A DNA stretch of 57,786 bases from an uncultured Bifidobacteriaceae bacterium (GTDB taxonomy: Bacteria; Verrucomicrobiota; Verrucomicrobiia; Limisphaerales; UBA11358), in contig CAZIFP010000001.1 of NCBI GenBank assembly GCA_964538105.1, positions 1 through 57,786 on the forward strand, read 5' to 3'. Below the pieces are notes generated by a model. It did no database searches, had not been told where the DNA came from, and saw nothing but the letters and a program-made list of their open reading frames with translations. The position numbers and the translations under genes are program-made. This document shows positions 9,040 to 17,728 of this stretch, piece by piece (positions within the stretch are counted from its first letter, which is position 1; each line of letters starts with the position of its first letter).

Positions 9040-10746
9040 TCAGGAAACCGGCGGCGCGGAAACACTTTGATTGGGCGGCTCGCTGGCCGGAGCGGGTTCA
9101 ACCGCCGGTGGCGCTTCTTCAGCAGCCACGGCAGCCGGTGCAGCCGGCGCGGAAGCTTCCGTTGCCAGCTCGGCAGCCACTTCAGCCGCCGGGATTGTCT
9201 CCGTGGCTGTCGCCGCTTCGCCTGCCGCAGCGGGTTTTTCGGCGGCAGGTTTTTTCTCCGGCTTCGGCGGACGCGGCGCGGGCTTCTTGGCGGTTTCCAT
9301 CCGGCCATCGGCAAATTCCAGCACGGCACCCTGATGAATCAGCCAGTGCAAATCAACCAAGACCGCCGTCTGTTCCGGCGTGGCTTCGGGCGCGGTGGGT
9401 TCAGCCGCTTTCGCTGGTGCCGGTGCGGAAGCACTTTCGCCTTCGGTGGCCGGCGCGGGCGTCGCGGCCGGTTTGATTTCAATAATCGTCTGCTTGGGCG
9501 TCGGCGCGAGCGTCTCGATCAATTTCCGCCGCGTGCATTTCGGGTTCGTGTTGATGAACTCCACGATGCGCTTGATGTTTTCCGACACCGGCGTGGTTTC
9601 GAGGTCCAGGAACGTCGGCCGCGCGACGCTGACATGCGTGACGGTCTTGTTGACCTTGAAAAATTGCAGGCCGTGATGTGCGAACTGCTGGCTCAGCTTC
9701 GTCGCGATGGGCAGCGGGAAAAATTTCTGGTGCTCCCATTCCTGGCGGATGAGCCGCTGCAATCCAGCGCAGCGCAAACCCCGGCTCGGCAAACCGGCGA
9801 CCGTGACCATCTCGACCGGCTTGATGATCGAATCCTTGTGCGTTGCGCGGAAATGTTTCTCCACTTCCTCCAGCGTCGCGAGCGTGAGCGGCTCCGGCAC
9901 GTTGAGGCAGATGTATTGCGTCTTGAAACTTTGTTCCTCGACCCATTTCTTCACGACGGCTTCGTCCTTCACGATTTTCACGCGCGCCTTGAACATGTCG
10001 AACGGCATCCGCGAAAACTTTTCAGCGTGGAGCTTGCGCAACTGGTTCTGGTAATCGTGATAATTCGGCGGGCCAAGGATCGCGCCGCTCAAGCCGCATT
10101 GTGCGACGAACGTGTAAACACCCTTCGGCGGTTCCGTCGCCGTGCGTTCGGCCTGGTAGAACGTGGCGAAATGATTTTTGAGCACATGAGCAACCGCATC
10201 CTCGTCGCTGGTCCACGGCGAATCGTCGAGCGCGCAGACGAACAGTGGTTGCGCCGCGGCGCCGGACTTTTTGGTGAGCTGGACGGAATAGCGTTCCGCC
10301 TTCTGCAAAATCAGCAGCGCGATCTGAAACAGCGGATACGCGCGGCCGGTCATCTTGATCTGGCGCGCGAGCTGTTCGACCCCGCGTTCTTCCGGAATGA
10401 ACGCGACGTTCAACTCCGGCAACGGAGCGGGCGGCGCGGGCCTTTCCTCGCGGCGATCATCCCGCCGGTCGCCGCCACGGAAACCGCCCTTGCGGTCGCC
10501 ACCGCCAAATTTCGATCCACCACCACGCGGCGGGCCGCCAAAGCCGCCACGACGTTCACCGCCGCCGCCGGGACCATCACGGCGCGGGCCGCGGCGTTCG
10601 CCGGGCTTGCCGCTGAAGCTGCGCTCGGGCTTGACGCCTTCATTGCCGGTGAATTTTTCAAAACGGTTAACCTCAGATTTCCCCTGCGCCCAGGCGGGCT
10701 GAAAGAGGCTTTCCAAGTTGAGATCGAGATCGGAAACGTTGCTCAT
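9040..10746 (-). CDS. hypothetical protein with N-terminal RGG/Arg-Gly-rich region and C-terminal Pro/Ala/Glu-rich tail
   Basis: A 568-aa ORF from MSNVSDLDLNL (ATG 10746..10744). It contains GERRGPRRDGPGGGGERRGGFGGPPRGGGSKFGGGDRKGGFRGGDRRDDRRE, then a ~330-aa globular part, then a PA-rich tail. Its stop lies 11 nt upstream of the helicase start on the same strand. Confidence 0.65.
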   Translation of the reverse strand: MSNVSDLDLNLESLFQPAWAQGKSEVNRFEKFTGNEGVKPERSFSGKPGERRGPRRDGPGGGGERRGGFGGPPRGGGSKFGGGDRKGGFRGGDRRDDRREERPAPPAPLPELNVAFIPEERGVEQLARQIKMTGRAYPLFQIALLILQKAERYSVQLTKKSGAAAQPLFVCALDDSPWTSDEDAVAHVLKNHFATFYQAERTATEPPKGVYTFVAQCGLSGAILGPPNYHDYQNQLRKLHAEKFSRMPFDMFKARVKIVKDEAVVKKWVEEQSFKTQYICLNVPEPLTLATLEEVEKHFRATHKDSIIKPVEMVTVAGLPSRGLRCAGLQRLIRQEWEHQKFFPLPIATKLSQQFAHHGLQFFKVNKTVTHVSVARPTFLDLETTPVSENIKRIVEFINTNPKCTRRKLIETLAPTPKQTIIEIKPAATPAPATEGESASAPAPAKAAEPTAPEATPEQTAVLVDLHWLIHQGAVLEFADGRMETAKKPAPRPPKPEKKPAAEKPAAAGEAATATETIPAAEVAAELATEASAPAAPAAVAAEEAPPAVEPAPASEPPNQSVSAPPVS

Positions 10747-10920
10747 GTAAAAAATGCCCCGACAAGCGGGGTTGATATTCCAGAATAGCATGGATTGACG
10801 CGGGAAAGAAAGCAAGCGCGGCGTCGCCGGAAACAAGGTTGAATGTCGGCGCGGAATTTCCTAGCCTGCGTGGGCGCGTGGGCGGCGCGTGAAAATCATC
10901 ATGCAAACCTTTCGGCAATT

Positions 10921-12072
10921 ATGAAAATCTGGCGTGAACCATTTCTGGCGGCATTGGCGATCGGATTTTTTCTCGCCGGCTGCAACAAGCCGTCGTCCGC
11001 TCCCGGCGCGGGCAATGACACCATCAAGGTCGGCGAATTCGCGTCGCTCACCGGCAGCGAGGCCACGTTCGGCCAGTCGTCGCACAAGGGCACGCAGCTC
11101 GCCATTGACGACATCAACACCGTCGGCGGCGTGCTCGGCAAAAAAATCGAGCTGCTCACCGAGGACAACCAGTCGCAGGCCGGCCAGTCGGCGACGGTCG
11201 TGCGCAAATTGATTTCCAGCGACGGCGTGGCGGCGATTCTCGGCGAGGTCGCGTCGTCGCGCTCGCTCGAGGCCGCGCCCATCTGCCAGGAAAATAAAAT
11301 CCCAATGATCTCACCTTCCTCGACAAATCCCAGGGTGACCGAGACCGGCGATTATATTTTCCGCGTCTGTTTCATTGATCCGTTTCAAGGCACGGTCATG
11401 GCCAATTTCGCGCACAACACGCTCAAGCTGCAAAATGTGGCCGTGTTGTCCGATGTGAAGAGCGATTACAGCCTTGGTCTGGCGAAATTTTTCAAGGAGG
11501 GGTTTGTGGCCGCCGGCGGGAAAATTATTGCGGACGTAAATTACAGCGGCGGCGACAAGGATTTCAACGCGCAGTTGACAGCGATCAAGGCGGCGAACCC
11601 GGACGGTATTTTTGTGCCGGGCTATTACACCGAAGTCGGGCTGATCGCGTTGCAGGCAAGACAGCTCGGCATCACCGTCCCGCTGTTCGGCGGCGACGGT
11701 TGGGAATCCTCATCGCTCGTGTCCATCGGCGGCACGGCACTGGAAGGCGATTATTTCTCCACGCATTTTTCGCCGGAAGACACGTCGCCCGCCGTGCAAA
11801 ATTTTGTGAAGGCGTTCAAGACCAAATACAACGAAACGCCCGACGCCATGGCCGCGCTCGGCTACGATTCGGCGATGATGCTGGCGGACGCAATTAAAAA
11901 AGCGGGTGCGACCGACGGCGCAAAAATCCGCGACGCGCTCGCGGCGGAAAAGAACTTTCCCGGCGTCACCGGCAACATCACGATGGACGCCAACCGCAAC
12001 GCCTCCAAGCCCGCCGTGATTTTGACGATCAAAAACGGACAGTTCAAATATGTCCAAACAGTGCAGCCGTAA
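10921..12072 (+). CDS. branched-chain amino acid ABC transporter substrate-binding lipoprotein (LivJ/LivK family)
   Basis: The lipobox FFLAGC follows MKIWREPFLAALAIG. Type 1 periplasmic binding protein sequence is present (IKVGEFASLTGSEATFGQSSHKGTQLAIDDIN...). It is the first gene of the liv-like operon. Confidence 0.88.
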   Translation: MKIWREPFLAALAIGFFLAGCNKPSSAPGAGNDTIKVGEFASLTGSEATFGQSSHKGTQLAIDDINTVGGVLGKKIELLTEDNQSQAGQSATVVRKLISSDGVAAILGEVASSRSLEAAPICQENKIPMISPSSTNPRVTETGDYIFRVCFIDPFQGTVMANFAHNTLKLQNVAVLSDVKSDYSLGLAKFFKEGFVAAGGKIIADVNYSGGDKDFNAQLTAIKAANPDGIFVPGYYTEVGLIALQARQLGITVPLFGGDGWESSSLVSIGGTALEGDYFSTHFSPEDTSPAVQNFVKAFKTKYNETPDAMAALGYDSAMMLADAIKKAGATDGAKIRDALAAEKNFPGVTGNITMDANRNASKPAVILTIKNGQFKYVQTVQP

Positions 12073-12075
12073 GGC

Positions 12076-12981
12076 ATGACTGAATTTTTACAGCAGTTGA
12101 TCAACGGTCTGGCGCTCGGCTCGATTCTCGCGCTCATCGCGCTCGGCTACACGATGGTTTACGGGATTCTGCGGTTCATCAACTTCGCGCACGGCGACGT
12201 CTTCATGCTCGGCGCGTTCGCCGGATATTATCTCGCGCCCAAAATCGCCGCCGTCCTGCCGCTGCCCTCGATTGCCGGCGCGCTCGTGGTCATGGGGATA
12301 TCAATGGCGGTCTGCGCCGCGCTCGGCGTGATCATCGAACGGTTTGCCTACCGCCCGTTGCGGAAGCAGCCCAAGCTCACCGTGCTGATCACAGCCATCG
12401 GCGTTTCGCTTTTTCTCGAATACGCCGGGCAGTTCGTCTTTGGCGCCGCGCCGAAAAAATTTCCGGCCATTCTGCCCGCCCTTCCGGTCACGCATCTTGG
12501 TGGCTTGAGTTTCAACAGCAACCAAATCGTCGTCATTGCCGTGACCATCTTTCTGCTGCTCGCGCTGCGGTTCATCGTTTTGAAAACCAAAATCGGCACG
12601 GCCATGCGCGCCGTTTCCTTCAATCCCGAAGCCGCCGCGCTCATGGGCGTGAACACGGACATCGTGATTTCCTTCACCTTCGCGCTCGGCTCCGCGCTGG
12701 CGGCGGCGGCGGGTATTTTGTGGGCCATCAATTATCCGGCGATTGATCCGCTCATGGGCATTTTGCCGGGGATCAAGGCGTTCGTCGCGGCGGTGCTCGG
12801 CGGCATCGGCAACCTGCCCGGCGCGGCGCTCGGCGGTGTCATCATCGGCGTCACCGAAACTCTCGTGTCCGGCTACATCTCCTCGACCTACCGCGACGCC
12901 ATTGCGTTCGCCGTTTTGATTTTGATCCTGCTCGTGAAACCGTCCGGGCTGCTCGGCAAAAAGGAAATCGAGAAGGTATGA
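12076..12981 (+). CDS. livH: branched-chain amino acid ABC transporter permease LivH
   Basis: The N-terminus MTEFLQQLINGLALGSILALIALGYTMVYGILRFINFAHGD is a typical LivH N-terminus. It is a polytopic membrane protein. Confidence 0.9.
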   Translation: MTEFLQQLINGLALGSILALIALGYTMVYGILRFINFAHGDVFMLGAFAGYYLAPKIAAVLPLPSIAGALVVMGISMAVCAALGVIIERFAYRPLRKQPKLTVLITAIGVSLFLEYAGQFVFGAAPKKFPAILPALPVTHLGGLSFNSNQIVVIAVTIFLLLALRFIVLKTKIGTAMRAVSFNPEAAALMGVNTDIVISFTFALGSALAAAAGILWAINYPAIDPLMGILPGIKAFVAAVLGGIGNLPGAALGGVIIGVTETLVSGYISSTYRDAIAFAVLILILLVKPSGLLGKKEIEKV

Positions 12982-13931
12982 ACTTCCGCCACGCAAAAAC
13001 TTTTCTGCTCGGCGCGCTCGCGTTGAGTTTTTTGATTTCGCTCTTCGGCGGTCAAATCAGCTCCTATCCGCTTTTTGTTTCCTACAACATCGGTATCAGC
13101 ATCATCATGGCTGTCAGTTTGAATCTGATTAACGGCTACACCGGCCAGTTTTCGCTGGGCCACGCCGGTTTCATGGCCGTCGGCGCTTACACCTCGGCGG
13201 TCATCACCAACCAGTTTGGCGGGCTGAATGTTGTTCTCACGAACGGAATTTTTCTCGCCGCGCTGCTCGCAGGTGGACTCGCGGCGGCGGTCGCCGGCCT
13301 GCTCGTCGGCATTCCCACGCTGCGGTTGCGCGGCGATTATCTGGCCATCGTCACGCTCGGCTTCGGCGAAATCATCCGCGTGATTTTGCAGAACATGAAC
13401 GCCGTCGGCGGCGCGCGGGGCTTGAGCGTCGCGCATAGCTGGACCAATTTGTTTTGGACGTTCGGTTTTGCAGCGGTGACGGTTTATGTCGTCGCGGCGC
13501 TCGTCAATTCCACCTACGGCCGCGGCTTCATCGCCGTCCACGACGACGAAATCGCCGCCGAGGCGATGGGCATCAACACGACGAAATACAAGGTCACCGC
13601 GTTCGTCATCGGCGCATTTTTTGCGGGCATCGCGGGCGGGCTTTACGCGCACTCGACGCAATTTCTCACGCCCGGCGGCTTCGGTTTCATGCAATCCATC
13701 ACTTTTGTCGTCATGGTCATCCTCGGCGGCATGGGCAACACCGTCGGCGTCATTCTCTCCGCGATTTTACTGACATTGCTGCCGGAAGGATTGCGCGTGC
13801 TCGCCGGCGTGAATCACCTCGGCTGGATTGGCAACACGCGCATGATCATTTATTCGCTGCTGCTCATCGTGCTGATGCTGACGCGGCCGCAGGGCCTTTT
13901 TAGTTTCAAAAAATCTCCTGCGCCAAAATAA
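12978..13931 (+). CDS. livM: branched-chain amino acid ABC transporter permease LivM
   Basis: The LivM signature region NLINGYTGQFSLGHAGFMAVGAYT is present. The start overlaps the livH stop (ATGA). Confidence 0.9.
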   Translation: MNFRHAKTFLLGALALSFLISLFGGQISSYPLFVSYNIGISIIMAVSLNLINGYTGQFSLGHAGFMAVGAYTSAVITNQFGGLNVVLTNGIFLAALLAGGLAAAVAGLLVGIPTLRLRGDYLAIVTLGFGEIIRVILQNMNAVGGARGLSVAHSWTNLFWTFGFAAVTVYVVAALVNSTYGRGFIAVHDDEIAAEAMGINTTKYKVTAFVIGAFFAGIAGGLYAHSTQFLTPGGFGFMQSITFVVMVILGGMGNTVGVILSAILLTLLPEGLRVLAGVNHLGWIGNTRMIIYSLLLIVLMLTRPQGLFSFKKSPAPK

Positions 13932-13933
13932 AA

Positions 13934-14707
13934 ATGTCCGCACTTCTTCAACTCGACAAGGCCACCATCCGCTTCGGCGGCCTTACGGCGGTTTCGGAAC
14001 TGGATTTGCAAATCGGGCGCAACGAACTTGTCGGTCTCATCGGCCCGAACGGCGCGGGCAAGACGACCGCGTTCAATCTCATCACCGGCGTTTACCAGCC
14101 GACCAGCGGTGAAATTATTTTTGACGGCCAGTCCATCGTGGGCAGCCAGCCGTATCGCATCACGGCGCGCGGCATTGCGCGGACGTTCCAGAACATCCGG
14201 CTGTTTCCGTCGCTCACCGTTTTCGACAATGTCCGCGCCGTGTTTCATCTGCACCTGCGCGGCGACGCGCGGCACGCGCTCTGGCGCGGGAAGGGCTATC
14301 ATGCCGAGGAAAAATCCATCGCCGACCGGGTCATGGAACTGTTGGAAATTTTCCAGCTCGGCAAATTCCGCGACGAGCCGGCGAAAAGCATGAGCTACGG
14401 CGACCAGCGGCGCTTGGAAATCGTCCGTGCGCTCGCCGCAAAACCCCAATTGCTGCTGCTGGACGAACCCGCCGCCGGGATGAACGCGAGCGAAAAGGTG
14501 GAGTTGATGCGGCTTATCCAGTTCATCAAGGACAAGTTTCGGATTTCGATTCTGCTCGTCGAGCATGACATGCAGGTGGTCATGAGCATCTGCGAGCGTA
14601 TCGCGGTGCTGGATTACGGTGTGAAAATCGCCGAAGGCACGCCGGCGGAAGTCCGTGCGAACCCGAAAGTGATCACCGCGTATCTGGGTGAAGAGAAACC
14701 GAAATGA
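13934..14707 (+). CDS. livG: branched-chain amino acid ABC transporter ATP-binding protein LivG
   Basis: Walker A is GPNGAGKTT, the ABC signature region is SYGDQRRLEI, and Walker B is LLLLDEPAAGMN. Confidence 0.92.
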   Translation: MSALLQLDKATIRFGGLTAVSELDLQIGRNELVGLIGPNGAGKTTAFNLITGVYQPTSGEIIFDGQSIVGSQPYRITARGIARTFQNIRLFPSLTVFDNVRAVFHLHLRGDARHALWRGKGYHAEEKSIADRVMELLEIFQLGKFRDEPAKSMSYGDQRRLEIVRALAAKPQLLLLDEPAAGMNASEKVELMRLIQFIKDKFRISILLVEHDMQVVMSICERIAVLDYGVKIAEGTPAEVRANPKVITAYLGEEKPK

Positions 14708-14710
14708 AAT

Positions 14711-14789
14711 GAACAACAAAGGAACAAAGGAATAAAGTTTTTTGGATTCGGAGTTTTCTCTTCTTCGTTACTTTGTTTCTTTGTTGTTC
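14711..14789. promoter_or_regulatory. large intercistronic inverted repeat (stem-loop) between livG and livF
   Basis: The arms are gaacaacaaaggaacaaag (14711-14729) and ctttgtttctttgttgttc (14771-14789). They are complementary at 18 of 19 positions, with a 41-nt loop. The element fills most of the 90-nt livG-livF spacer. Confidence 0.6.
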
Positions 14790-14797
14790 AAACAACC

Positions 14798-15505
14798 ATG
14801 CTGGAGCTAAAAAATCTTGTTGCGGGTTACGGCGCGATCGCCGCGCTGCACGGCATTTCGCTGTCCGTGCCGGCCGGCGGCATTGTCACGCTCATCGGCA
14901 GCAACGGCGCGGGCAAGACGACGACGCTGAAAACCATTTCCGGTCTGTTGAAGCCGAAGTCCGGCGAAATTCTCTACGGCGGCAAAAATATCACTGGGTT
15001 GCCGCCGCATGAAATTGTGGCGCGCGGCCTGTCGCATGTGCCTGAAGGCCGGATGATTTTTGCGAACCTGACCGTGCTGGAGAATTTGCAGATGGGCGCG
15101 TATCTGGTGCGTGATAAAAAAGTTGTCCGGCGCGAGCTGGAATTTGTCTTCGCCACGTTTCCGCGTTTGCAGGAACGCGAGCAGCAGATCGCCGGAACAC
15201 TTTCCGGCGGCGAACAGCAGATGCTGGCGATTGGCCGCGCGCTGATGTCGCAGCCGAAATTTCTGATGCTGGACGAACCGTCGCTCGGCCTCGCGCCGCT
15301 GCTGGTGAAGACGATTTTTGAGAAAATCGTGGAGGTCAACCGCGAGCGCGGCCTGACGATTCTGCTGGTGGAACAAAACGCGAACCTCGCACTGGAGATT
15401 TCCCATTCCGGCCACGTTTTGGAAACCGGCAAGGTTGTGTTGTCCGGAGACTCGGCGGCGTTGCGCCAAAATCCGCAGATTCGTCGCGCCTATCTTGGCG
15501 GCTGA
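14798..15505 (+). CDS. livF: branched-chain amino acid ABC transporter ATP-binding protein LivF
   Basis: Walker A is GSNGAGKTT, the signature is LSGGEQQMLAIGRAL, and Walker B is FLMLDEPSLGLAP. Confidence 0.92.
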   Translation: MLELKNLVAGYGAIAALHGISLSVPAGGIVTLIGSNGAGKTTTLKTISGLLKPKSGEILYGGKNITGLPPHEIVARGLSHVPEGRMIFANLTVLENLQMGAYLVRDKKVVRRELEFVFATFPRLQEREQQIAGTLSGGEQQMLAIGRALMSQPKFLMLDEPSLGLAPLLVKTIFEKIVEVNRERGLTILLVEQNANLALEISHSGHVLETGKVVLSGDSAALRQNPQIRRAYLGG

Positions 15506-15509
15506 ACGG

Positions 15510-16979
15510 CTACGGTCCGCCGTTGTGGCAGTCGGTGCAGGAGCCGTCGTAATCGCCGCCGGGATGTTTGAACTGCTGGCCGGCCGGAGCGAGTTGATCG
15601 AGTTCCGCGCCCGCGCCCTGCGCGAGAATCGTGTGGCAGGTGTTGCAGTCGTTGGCCTTGATGGTGATTTTGCGATCCTCGGTCTTGTGCTGACCGTCGT
15701 GGCAGCGGAAGCAGCCGGGCCAGATCATGTGGCCGACATTGTCCGGGTAGCTCGCCCAGCTCGCTTTCATTTCCGGGAAGAAATTATCCTCATAAATCTG
15801 CTGCACCGTCGCAATGGCATCCTGGATGCGGGCATCGTTCGGATAACGCGCGGCGAGCAATTGGGCGATTGAGTTGGTGGCCTCCTCGTCGGTTTTGTAA
15901 GTCCGGGTCAGCACGAACATCGCGTTGGTCTTGATCCACGGCATCGTCGGATCAATCCGGCCGAGCGCCATCGCCTGGTTCACTGCGCGCTCCGGCGAAA
16001 GATAGCGGTGCGATGGGCGGTTGTGGCAATCCATGCAGTCCATCGTGCGCAAATCCATATTGGAAACATCATTGGTGAAGCGCGCGGTCTTGAAAATAGT
16101 GACATGGCCCCGCGCATCGGTCACGCGCACCCAGGGAATCACCTGGCGCGCCTCGTCGGTGGCGATGTATTCCACCTTGTTGCCGGGCAGGTTGTGCCAG
16201 TGTATGCCGCCGACCGGTCCGCGCCGCGGATCGCTGCCGCCGATCTTCAGGAGCAGGCGGATCGAGTAAGGCGAGTTGGACGCGTCGCTCTGGAAATAAT
16301 TGAACGTGCGATCCAAATTGCCGACGAACGACTGCGGCCAGTGACATTCCTCGCAGGTGTCGCGAGCCGGGCGCAGGTTCATGATCGGCGTCGGGATCGG
16401 GCGTGGATACTTGTTGAATGCCACGGCATAAAGCTGATACGAGCCGGAAATCTTGGACTTCACGAACCACGAAACGCCCTTGCCGACGTGGCATTCCACG
16501 CACGCCACGCGGGCGTGCGGGCCGTGGTCGTGCGTGGTGAGCTCGGGCTTCATCACCTTGTGGCAGGTCTCGCCGCAGAACGTGACGGACTCGGTAAAAT
16601 TGAAGGCGTTGTAGGAACCGATGGCCGAGAGCAGCAGGAAAACGATGCTGCCCGTGACGAACGCAATCAAATTCCGCCGGTCGTGCGGCTGGTTCAAATC
16701 AATCTTCAGCGACGTCGGCACGCCGCCGTGCGCGCGGCGGCGACGCTCCCGCCACGCCCCGAAAAATGCCAGCACGATGCCGCCGATCAAAAATTGCGGC
16801 ACACCGATGTAGGTCAGGATGCTGACGTAGGGATTGGAGAATTTTGAAATCGCATCCAGCACGAACAGCAGCAAAAAGGAAAACAGAGCCCCGATGGCGA
16901 TTACGGTGCCGATCAGGCTGATCCAGTTGCGGAACAGCGAGGGACGTTTCCCGGAATTTTGATTTTGCGAATCGCTCAT
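15510..16979 (-). CDS. inner-membrane multiheme c-type cytochrome, NapC/NirT-related, ImcH-like (7 CXXCH)
   Basis: Seven CXXCH motifs were counted in the translation: CGETCH, CVECH, CEECH, CMDCH, CFRCH, CNTCH, CTDCH. Three N-terminal hydrophobic helices are present. Size (489 aa) and architecture match what I recall for Geobacter ImcH. Confidence 0.78.
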   Translation of the reverse strand: MSDSQNQNSGKRPSLFRNWISLIGTVIAIGALFSFLLLFVLDAISKFSNPYVSILTYIGVPQFLIGGIVLAFFGAWRERRRRAHGGVPTSLKIDLNQPHDRRNLIAFVTGSIVFLLLSAIGSYNAFNFTESVTFCGETCHKVMKPELTTHDHGPHARVACVECHVGKGVSWFVKSKISGSYQLYAVAFNKYPRPIPTPIMNLRPARDTCEECHWPQSFVGNLDRTFNYFQSDASNSPYSIRLLLKIGGSDPRRGPVGGIHWHNLPGNKVEYIATDEARQVIPWVRVTDARGHVTIFKTARFTNDVSNMDLRTMDCMDCHNRPSHRYLSPERAVNQAMALGRIDPTMPWIKTNAMFVLTRTYKTDEEATNSIAQLLAARYPNDARIQDAIATVQQIYEDNFFPEMKASWASYPDNVGHMIWPGCFRCHDGQHKTEDRKITIKANDCNTCHTILAQGAGAELDQLAPAGQQFKHPGGDYDGSCTDCHNGGP

Positions 16980-17094
16980 GCGTGGCGCAGGATTTAAAAA
17001 TTAAAAATCGGTCGCTGGCCAGCTGGGGATTCCACCGGGTCACACGTTTTTGTTTTCCGACCGGTGAAGGCCCCCGGCAGCAACCGAAAGCAGA

Positions 17095-17424
17095 TTATTT
17101 TTTCAAGGTGTGGACGTAAGCCACGAGCGCCTTGATTTCGTCGTCGGACAACTGGTCGAACGGCTTCATCAAGTTTTTGCCGTCGTCGGATTTCAGGCCT
17201 TCCTTGAGCGCCTTGAACGCGGCGTCATCCTTGATGTCGGCCTGCACCTTGGCGTCGGTGAAATCCTTGCACCCGAGTTTCGCGCCGATCTTGGTGTCGC
17301 CCTTGCCGTCCGCGCCGTGGCATTTGGCGCAGAATGAATCCCAGTTATCCTTGGCCTCGGCACCCTTGGTCACCAGGGTGGCCGCCAGGCCGAACATTGT
17401 TGCGAGCAGCAGTATCTTTTTCAT
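17095..17424 (-). CDS. monoheme class I c-type cytochrome, secreted
   Basis: The signal peptide is MKKILLLATMFGLAATLVTKGAEA. There is a single CAKCH heme site and a distal Met candidate (LMKPF). It lies 115 nt upstream of the multiheme cytochrome on the same strand. Confidence 0.8.
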   Translation of the reverse strand: MKKILLLATMFGLAATLVTKGAEAKDNWDSFCAKCHGADGKGDTKIGAKLGCKDFTDAKVQADIKDDAAFKALKEGLKSDDGKNLMKPFDQLSDDEIKALVAYVHTLKK

Positions 17425-17728
17425 AATCGTTTTGGTCGTCGGTTGGTTGTTTTGCAGCGCATGTGCGCCGACTTACGGTAGCAGTCTCGGCTTTCCGGTG
17501 CAATCCGGCTAAACATCGGTTGCCGAACTCTTGCCTTTTTTTGCACCGGAGCACCGCTATGCAAGTTGCGCAGAATTGGCTTAAAATGCCAAAACTAGGA
17601 CGATAATTCAAAAATTCCGCCGGCCGGGCGTCGCTTCTTGCCAGAGATGGCGTGACAAGATTTGGCTTATGAAAGCCAAAGTAAGCTTTGCCGGTTCCCA
17701 GTTTTCCGGTAATTTAGCAGGCACGAAA

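Noticed and set aside
9013-10788. 591-aa plus-strand ORF antisense to the RGG-rich protein gene
   Set aside because: It is extremely Arg-rich (RRRG..., RGRRGRFDF...). It mirrors the Pro/Ala/Gly-rich sense gene, and the sense strand forms an operon with the helicase.
16992-17012. Possible third heptamer array (atttaaa aattaaa aatcggt) just upstream of the multiheme cytochrome start
   Set aside because: It has only three degenerate units. This is compatible with a chance AT-rich ribosome-binding or leader region, so it is not counted as a repeat.
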